From positions 1 through 64,000 of the forward strand of contig KV454014.1 in NCBI GenBank assembly GCA_001661245.1: DNA of 64,000 bases, in the 5' to 3' direction. Below, in pieces: positions 58,426-64,000 of the stretch. The notes under the pieces were generated by a model. It was not told where the DNA came from and searched no databases. It was given only the letters and a program-made list of their open reading frames with translations. The position numbers and the translations under genes are program-made. Position 1 is the stretch's first letter, and every line of letters begins with the position of its first letter. Source of the stretch: Pachysolen tannophilus NRRL Y-2460 (lineage: Eukaryota).

Positions 58426-59577
58426 ATGATATTTCAAAGTTCAAGGTGTTTGATGTCACTGGTAGATTCTGTTTTAATAACACCAACACCAAAACCAAAA
58501 TATTTTTTCGAAAATGGGTTAAGAAAAATTGAACCATATTATCATTTAAATAAAACATTTGTTAAAGGTAGATGGGTTAATAAAACTTTATTAGAAATTT
58601 TTAAACTGGAATTTAAAAGTTATTATGATTTAGATTATTTATTAAATAAGAAAAATAGTTACCGTGTAATAAGAAGGCAAAGAAATAATGAAATAATAAG
58701 TGGATTAAAATTAATTGATTTAAAATTAAATCATGGTGATTTAGTTGAAAATATTCAACATAAACATGAACCACCAGTTAAATATAATGATAAAATTAAA
58801 ATAATATTTGAAGATGAATTTTTATTAGTTATAGATAAACCATCAGGAATTCCAGTTCATTCTACTAAAAATTATTATTATAATACAATAATTGAAATTT
58901 TGAAAAATGAATATAATTATAAAAATTTATATCCATTACATAGATTAGATAAATTAACATCTGGTATATTAATTCTTTCCAAAAATAATTCTAAAAATTC
59001 TTATTATCAAGATTTATTTAAACTGAAACAAGAAAATCAAGTAATAAAAGAATATATTGCTAAAGTTGATGGTAAATTTCCTTATAATCAATTTTTATGT
59101 CAAGATGATATTATTCAAATTGATTTCCATAAATCTTTTAATGAATGTGGTATTAAAAATCCTAAAAAATCTAGTACATTATTTGAATTTTTACAATATG
59201 ATCATAATATGAATCAAAGTTTATTAAGATGTAAACCATTAACTGGTAGGACTCATCAAATAAGAATTCATTTAAAAAAAATTGGGTTCCCAATTGTAAA
59301 TGATCCATTATATGGTAAAAATGGATTATTAAATGAAATTCAAGATTTGAAAGAAATTGATGAAATAAAATTTAATAATTGTATTGAAATTTTACATTCA
59401 AAAATTGATAATTTAATGCTTGATGAAACTAATAATTGTAAAGAATGTGGAATTTATCTGTATAAAGATCCAGATATAAATAATTTATTTATTTGTCTTC
59501 ATTCTCAAGTTTATAATTTCCCAAATATTAATTTATTTTTTAAAAGTGATTTACCAGAATGGGCTTTAATTGAATAA
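58426..59577 (+). CDS. RluA-family pseudouridine synthase (Pus9/Rib2-like, no deaminase domain)
   Basis: IDKPSGIPVH, HRLDKLTSG, TGRTHQIRIHL, PIVNDPLY. Confidence 0.88.
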   Translation: MIFQSSRCLMSLVDSVLITPTPKPKYFFENGLRKIEPYYHLNKTFVKGRWVNKTLLEIFKLEFKSYYDLDYLLNKKNSYRVIRRQRNNEIISGLKLIDLKLNHGDLVENIQHKHEPPVKYNDKIKIIFEDEFLLVIDKPSGIPVHSTKNYYYNTIIEILKNEYNYKNLYPLHRLDKLTSGILILSKNNSKNSYYQDLFKLKQENQVIKEYIAKVDGKFPYNQFLCQDDIIQIDFHKSFNECGIKNPKKSSTLFEFLQYDHNMNQSLLRCKPLTGRTHQIRIHLKKIGFPIVNDPLYGKNGLLNEIQDLKEIDEIKFNNCIEILHSKIDNLMLDETNNCKECGIYLYKDPDINNLFICLHSQVYNFPNINLFFKSDLPEWALIE

Positions 59578-59586
59578 TTGTTTTAA

Positions 59587-60576
59587 TTATTTTGGTCTTT
59601 CAATAATTGGTAAATTATTATTTAAACATATATTTTTAATTCTTCTCCAATCAATTTTGGAATTTGATTTCATTACCCAAGTATTATTAGGAATTTTAAT
59701 TCTATCAAATAATTTTTGATTAATTAAATTTAAAGGTTTCTTATTCAAATATGAAATTTGTACAATTTCCATTGATTTATCAAAATTTTGTTGGAAATCT
59801 AAAAATTCTTTTAAATTATTTGGTAAACATTCAATTGTATAAAAATAAGTTCCATCTTTAAAAATTTCAATATTATTAGAATAATATTTAAAGAATAATT
59901 CATTTATCTTTTTTTGCCAATAATGTCTATAAAAAGAATAACCAAGTGGATTTAAATTTTTGGAATTACCATCTTTAATCTTTTTTTTATTCTTGTATAA
60001 ATTAAATTCAAATCCACTGCTAAAATTTATTATTAAAGCAGGTTTAGATTTTCTAATTAATGATAAATAATGATTTGAAGGCAGATAAATAAAACTAAAC
60101 CATTTACATCGATGGAAAACAGGTGTATAAATATATAATTTCTGAGTAAAATATTCTTGAAATAATGCTTGAACAACTCCTTTTAAATCATTTTGTATAG
60201 ATACAATTGGTATATTATCACCAATTAAAATCGATTTGTTTAAATATGATGGACTTATTGTAATAATTTTCAAATTTTTAATCTTATTTAAACATTCCTC
60301 AATATTAACTTTCCCCGTTTCATTCACTTTGGGAACTTCAACCAATTTTCCTTCCTTCCTTTCCTTCATATACTTCAAATTAATCGGATCAAATCCATCT
60401 TGATGTTCATGTCGCACATTTGACTTTACTCCAGCATTTGCCTTTAAGACTTGTCCACCACCAATTAACTCAATATTCGGTAACTTAATCTCACTATGAA
60501 ACAACACAGGTTGTTTAACCTTACTAGCCTTAGCCTTATTGACAATCACTATTCCTCTCTTAAACACCACCATCAT
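59587..60576 (-). CDS. Basic uncharacterised protein, possibly mitochondrial
   Basis: 329-aa ORF; no motif recognised. Confidence 0.55.
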   Translation of the reverse strand: MMVVFKRGIVIVNKAKASKVKQPVLFHSEIKLPNIELIGGGQVLKANAGVKSNVRHEHQDGFDPINLKYMKERKEGKLVEVPKVNETGKVNIEECLNKIKNLKIITISPSYLNKSILIGDNIPIVSIQNDLKGVVQALFQEYFTQKLYIYTPVFHRCKWFSFIYLPSNHYLSLIRKSKPALIINFSSGFEFNLYKNKKKIKDGNSKNLNPLGYSFYRHYWQKKINELFFKYYSNNIEIFKDGTYFYTIECLPNNLKEFLDFQQNFDKSMEIVQISYLNKKPLNLINQKLFDRIKIPNNTWVMKSNSKIDWRRIKNICLNNNLPIIERPK

Positions 60577-60814
60577 TCCCTCCTTTTGAATTCAATCCTA
60601 CAATTGACAAAAACCTCTTATCTTATCTCGCCTTGCCTTGCCTTTCCTTGCCTTGCCTTGCCTTGCCTTTGGTTTCAATTCTATTAAATTATCACCACAT
60701 TTATTAATTATTAAAAGGCTTAATTATTAAAAGGGGAAAAATAAATAGTAAAAAAAAGAAAATTTATTAATTGAAAAGATGTTTATTAAATCTAATAATA
60801 AATACCATTAAAAA

Positions 60815-60845
<31 letters not shown>

Positions 60846-60892
60846 ATAAATCGATATTAGAGATATATTGGGATTTAATAAGGTGATATAAG

Positions 60893-62638
60893 ATGTTTAA
60901 TTCTCAGTCTACGACGGGATACCGGTATAATAATGGGGTGAATTGGAGTGGTAATACTGGGTTTAATTCTGGGGGAGTAAATGGTGTTGGAAATGGTTCA
61001 CTTAGAAGGGTATGGATCACTAGAGCAGGAAAGATTCCAACAACGGTGTTTACGAATCAGAGTACTATTGTTGATGATTTGAAGACTTTGATTTTGTCAA
61101 AGTATCCAAATAGTTTGGGGAAACATTTTGATCCTAGTGATTTGATGATTAAATTGAAAATTGGGAATAATAATAGTAATACTGGGGTGTATGGAGGAAC
61201 AGGAGGAGGAGGAGGGTATAATAAAATGAATGCTAATGTGAATAATGAGCATTTGCAACTGCATCCTTTGTCGCCACAACCGGTCCCTGTTGCTTCGTCG
61301 CTTTTAAATGACAAAAATGATAATAATAATAATTATAATAATAATAATTATAATAATAATAATAGCAGTAGCGGTAACATGTTCAAATTTAAACAAAAAC
61401 TGCTGTTTGAGTCCAATTTTCTGATACTGTACTCTGCTAATCCTTCACCAGTTAGCAATGCTTATATATTATTAGAACCTGATCAAAATATATGGCAGGT
61501 GATAGACCAGTACTACCCAAATGGTATGACTATAGATGATTGCTTGATTGTTGATGTACCAGATAATAACGTTCAAGGAAATAATTTATCAACCCCAATA
61601 ACTTCAAATTTTTCTCTGCAAACAAAGATTAATCCGCTGTCTTTAAATAATAGTGATCCTTCCTCAAGTAATAGGAAGAATTTCATATCAAACAATATTC
61701 ATAAGAGATCTCAATCAACTCCTCAATCACCTTTAAATAGCGTTGTTGATAATAAAAATAATAACAACGGTAATCAATCAAGTGTATTGATGATGCCCAA
61801 AAATTTTAATTCATTATCAACAAATTTGGAAAAATCTACTAGCTCTATTGATTATAATGAATTAGCAAATTTTGCAGGAAATGGAGGAGGAACAGGTTTG
61901 AATAATAAATCTCAATTGAAAAATACATTACCTCATATAATTGAAGATCAAAATAAACCATCGGTAGATCCAACAAAGGCTAATAAACACAAGAATTCTT
62001 CATCTACTTCTTCGTTAATGGCTCATTCTCCGTTAAAGGAAAATTCTTCTTCCAATTCAATAAAACTTGCTGCTTTAAGTAAAAAATTCAAATCGACTAC
62101 GGAAAAAGTTTTACCTTCAATAAATGTATTAGTAGTTGAAGATAATTCTATTAATCAAGCCATTTTAGGTGCTTTCTTAAGAAAGAGAAAGATAAATTAT
62201 AAAATAGCTAAAAATGGACAAGAAGCTATAGAAAAATGGAAAGAAGGAAATTTTCATTTGGTATTGATGGATATTCAATTACCAGTTAAATCCGGTATAG
62301 AGGCAACAATTGAAATACGTAGATTGGAAAAATTAAATAACATTGGTTTATTTAATAATGATTCTACATTGATTACTGGTAAGAATCTTAACAATACTAG
62401 CACTAGCAGTCTTGTTAAATTAAACTTAGAAGATGAATTGGATTCAAGTATTTTTAGAACACCAGTTATTATAGTGGCTTTAACTGCTTCAACTTCAAAA
62501 ATCGATAGACAAAAAGCATTAGCTGCCGGTTGTAATGATTTTCTAACTAAACCTGTAAATTTGGTGTGGTTGCAAAATAAAATTATCGAATGGGGTTGTA
62601 TGCAGGCATTAATCGATTTCGATCATTGGAAGGACTGA
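60893..62638 (+). CDS. SSK1: HOG-pathway response regulator
   Basis: VLVVEDNSINQAIL, LMDIQLPVKSG, VALTAS, FLTKPVN, EWGCMQALIDFD. Confidence 0.92.
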   Translation: MFNSQSTTGYRYNNGVNWSGNTGFNSGGVNGVGNGSLRRVWITRAGKIPTTVFTNQSTIVDDLKTLILSKYPNSLGKHFDPSDLMIKLKIGNNNSNTGVYGGTGGGGGYNKMNANVNNEHLQLHPLSPQPVPVASSLLNDKNDNNNNYNNNNYNNNNSSSGNMFKFKQKLLFESNFLILYSANPSPVSNAYILLEPDQNIWQVIDQYYPNGMTIDDCLIVDVPDNNVQGNNLSTPITSNFSLQTKINPLSLNNSDPSSSNRKNFISNNIHKRSQSTPQSPLNSVVDNKNNNNGNQSSVLMMPKNFNSLSTNLEKSTSSIDYNELANFAGNGGGTGLNNKSQLKNTLPHIIEDQNKPSVDPTKANKHKNSSSTSSLMAHSPLKENSSSNSIKLAALSKKFKSTTEKVLPSINVLVVEDNSINQAILGAFLRKRKINYKIAKNGQEAIEKWKEGNFHLVLMDIQLPVKSGIEATIEIRRLEKLNNIGLFNNDSTLITGKNLNNTSTSSLVKLNLEDELDSSIFRTPVIIVALTASTSKIDRQKALAAGCNDFLTKPVNLVWLQNKIIEWGCMQALIDFDHWKD

Positions 62639-62949
62639 TATATATATATATAAATATATATATATTTCTATTTCTTTACAAATTATTATTATTCTCAGAA
62701 TGTGTTAGATATTATCAGTTTAATTCAGGTTAATACTTTTAAATATACTAAATTGTGGAGTATAATTAATACTCTTTTTTAATGTGAAAATATATATATA
62801 TGAAAGAACAAAAAATTGTAATTTTGATTCAACATGTCTGATATCTGATTAAAATAAAATAAAATAAAATAAAAAAGTTTTAAAAAAAAAAAAAAAAAAA
62901 AATTAAGAAAAAGGAACTCAAAAACGGAACTAAGACATTATAAAAATAT

Positions 62950-64000
62950 TCACCAATTGATATAATCCCTTCCGACGCACCTATAGACTCTAAGCTGTCC
63001 ACTTTTAAGATCCCCTATTTTATAACTAACTTTGGAAATCTTACCGCTTGTGTCTGTTTCGAAAACTTTGAATTTGTTTTTCGTGCTATCAAAATCGTAG
63101 ACGATACATGAAAATGGATTGGAATCATTTGTTCCAACCTCATATTGGAACTTTTGATGTAATTTGTTATGGCCTTGAAATTTGGCCTTTAATGACAAAA
63201 TGTCCCCAGCTTTAATGTCATCATATTTATTAATAGTTTGATTTGAACTATTTCTGTAAACTAGCTGACCATAAGCTCTAGTACCAATTGGTTGTAAAAC
63301 TGGATATCTTTTCATCATTTTTTCAAAAACATAAGGAACTAATTTATTGTATCCAATGTTCGAATTTCCTAAAGATTCTGCAATCTTAACAATTTGTAAG
63401 CCATATTCTTGAGAGTAATAATCCAATAACTCTTTTCTAATTGAAGGAGCTGCTATTACATGCTGATATGTTGTTAATGTGTTGAAAGGATCATTGTAAT
63501 TGAAATGCAATTCAATAACTAACTGCGATAAATCTTGATACAAGATATAATAATCACGATAAATAACCTTCTTATTACCTCTTTTAACTAATTCATGGTC
63601 CTCGACTTCAAATATCATGTCTTTTCCATATCTAGATAACAAAGTTGGTGGTAATTCGGACTTCAACCACCAATCTGACGTTGTATTCAAATCAATGTCA
63701 GTCAGAGCAGCACTTTCTGAAGTCAAAGTGTTTGAACGTCCAATATGATGTTCTGAACTTCTTCTCGCTGTAGCAGTAGCAGTAGCAGTAGCATCATGAG
63801 ACTGTCTTCTATCTGAAGCGGTAATCGGAGGATGATCAAGAGGAAGCTGTTGCGGTGCTGGAGGTGCCGCTAAAGATGGTGCTGGTACTTGAGGTACCTG
63901 AGGAACCTGAGGTGAAGGCGGCGCATCTGATGGTGGCAAAGGAGGTGGAGCCTTTTCTCTATGAGGATGTGACACAGAAGTCTTACGAATATCAGTTGGA
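62950..64000 (-). CDS. BBC1: C-terminal part of a Pro-rich actin-patch protein (Bbc1/Aim3-like); runs off the window
   Basis: Pro-rich tract followed by RDYYILYQDLSQ..DLKSGQLRVYRCVGRDYINW domain. Confidence 0.6.
   Translation of the reverse strand, partial: PTDIRKTSVSHPHREKAPPPLPPSDAPPSPQVPQVPQVPAPSLAAPPAPQQLPLDHPPITASDRRQSHDATATATATARRSSEHHIGRSNTLTSESAALTDIDLNTTSDWWLKSELPPTLLSRYGKDMIFEVEDHELVKRGNKKVIYRDYYILYQDLSQLVIELHFNYNDPFNTLTTYQHVIAAPSIRKELLDYYSQEYGLQIVKIAESLGNSNIGYNKLVPYVFEKMMKRYPVLQPIGTRAYGQLVYRNSSNQTINKYDDIKAGDILSLKAKFQGHNKLHQKFQYEVGTNDSNPFSCIVYDFDSTKNKFKVFETDTSGKISKVSYKIGDLKSGQLRVYRCVGRDYINW

Noticed and set aside
1..64000. Short antisense or overlapping ORFs in the track (e.g. 49995-50513, 48333-48791, 56606-57076, 27870-28145)
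   Set aside because: Shadows of real genes or low-complexity DNA, often with non-ATG starts.
1..64000. tRNA, rRNA, CRISPR array, LTR element, recombinase gene
   Set aside because: None recognisable by eye; GGTTCGA hits lack a cloverleaf context.

Overview
AT-rich, intron-containing budding-yeast chromosome left end. It starts with a 9-bp telomeric repeat (ACACCACTC)n and carries about 33 protein-coding loci (SIT1/ARN-type transporter, WSS1, RTC1, AAH1, ATP16, MED2, IAH1, PFY1, LEO1, GH18 chitinase, VPS74, ADE2, UBP2, HRQ1, APL1, MHO1, SUI2, VTA1, APS3, CBP4, Ctr, SSK1 and others). CTG codons sit at conserved Ala positions, so this is most likely a CUG-Ala yeast (Pachysolen-like) and the supplied translations misread CTG. 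The main surprise is that two genes are broken mid-CDS, with their halves on opposite strands. ADE2 is cut at HLP|GMVAA and its 3' part is inverted. What looks like its own intron is stranded in front of UBP2 between 10-bp inverted repeats, giving a three-piece scrambled locus. A subtelomeric Zn2Cys6 factor is split by a ~1.05-kb inversion. Also notable are a CENP-B-type HTH fused to a PLP transsulfuration enzyme and a perfect 56-bp palindrome made of telomere-like 9-mers. All gene calls are from motif recognition, not database searches.
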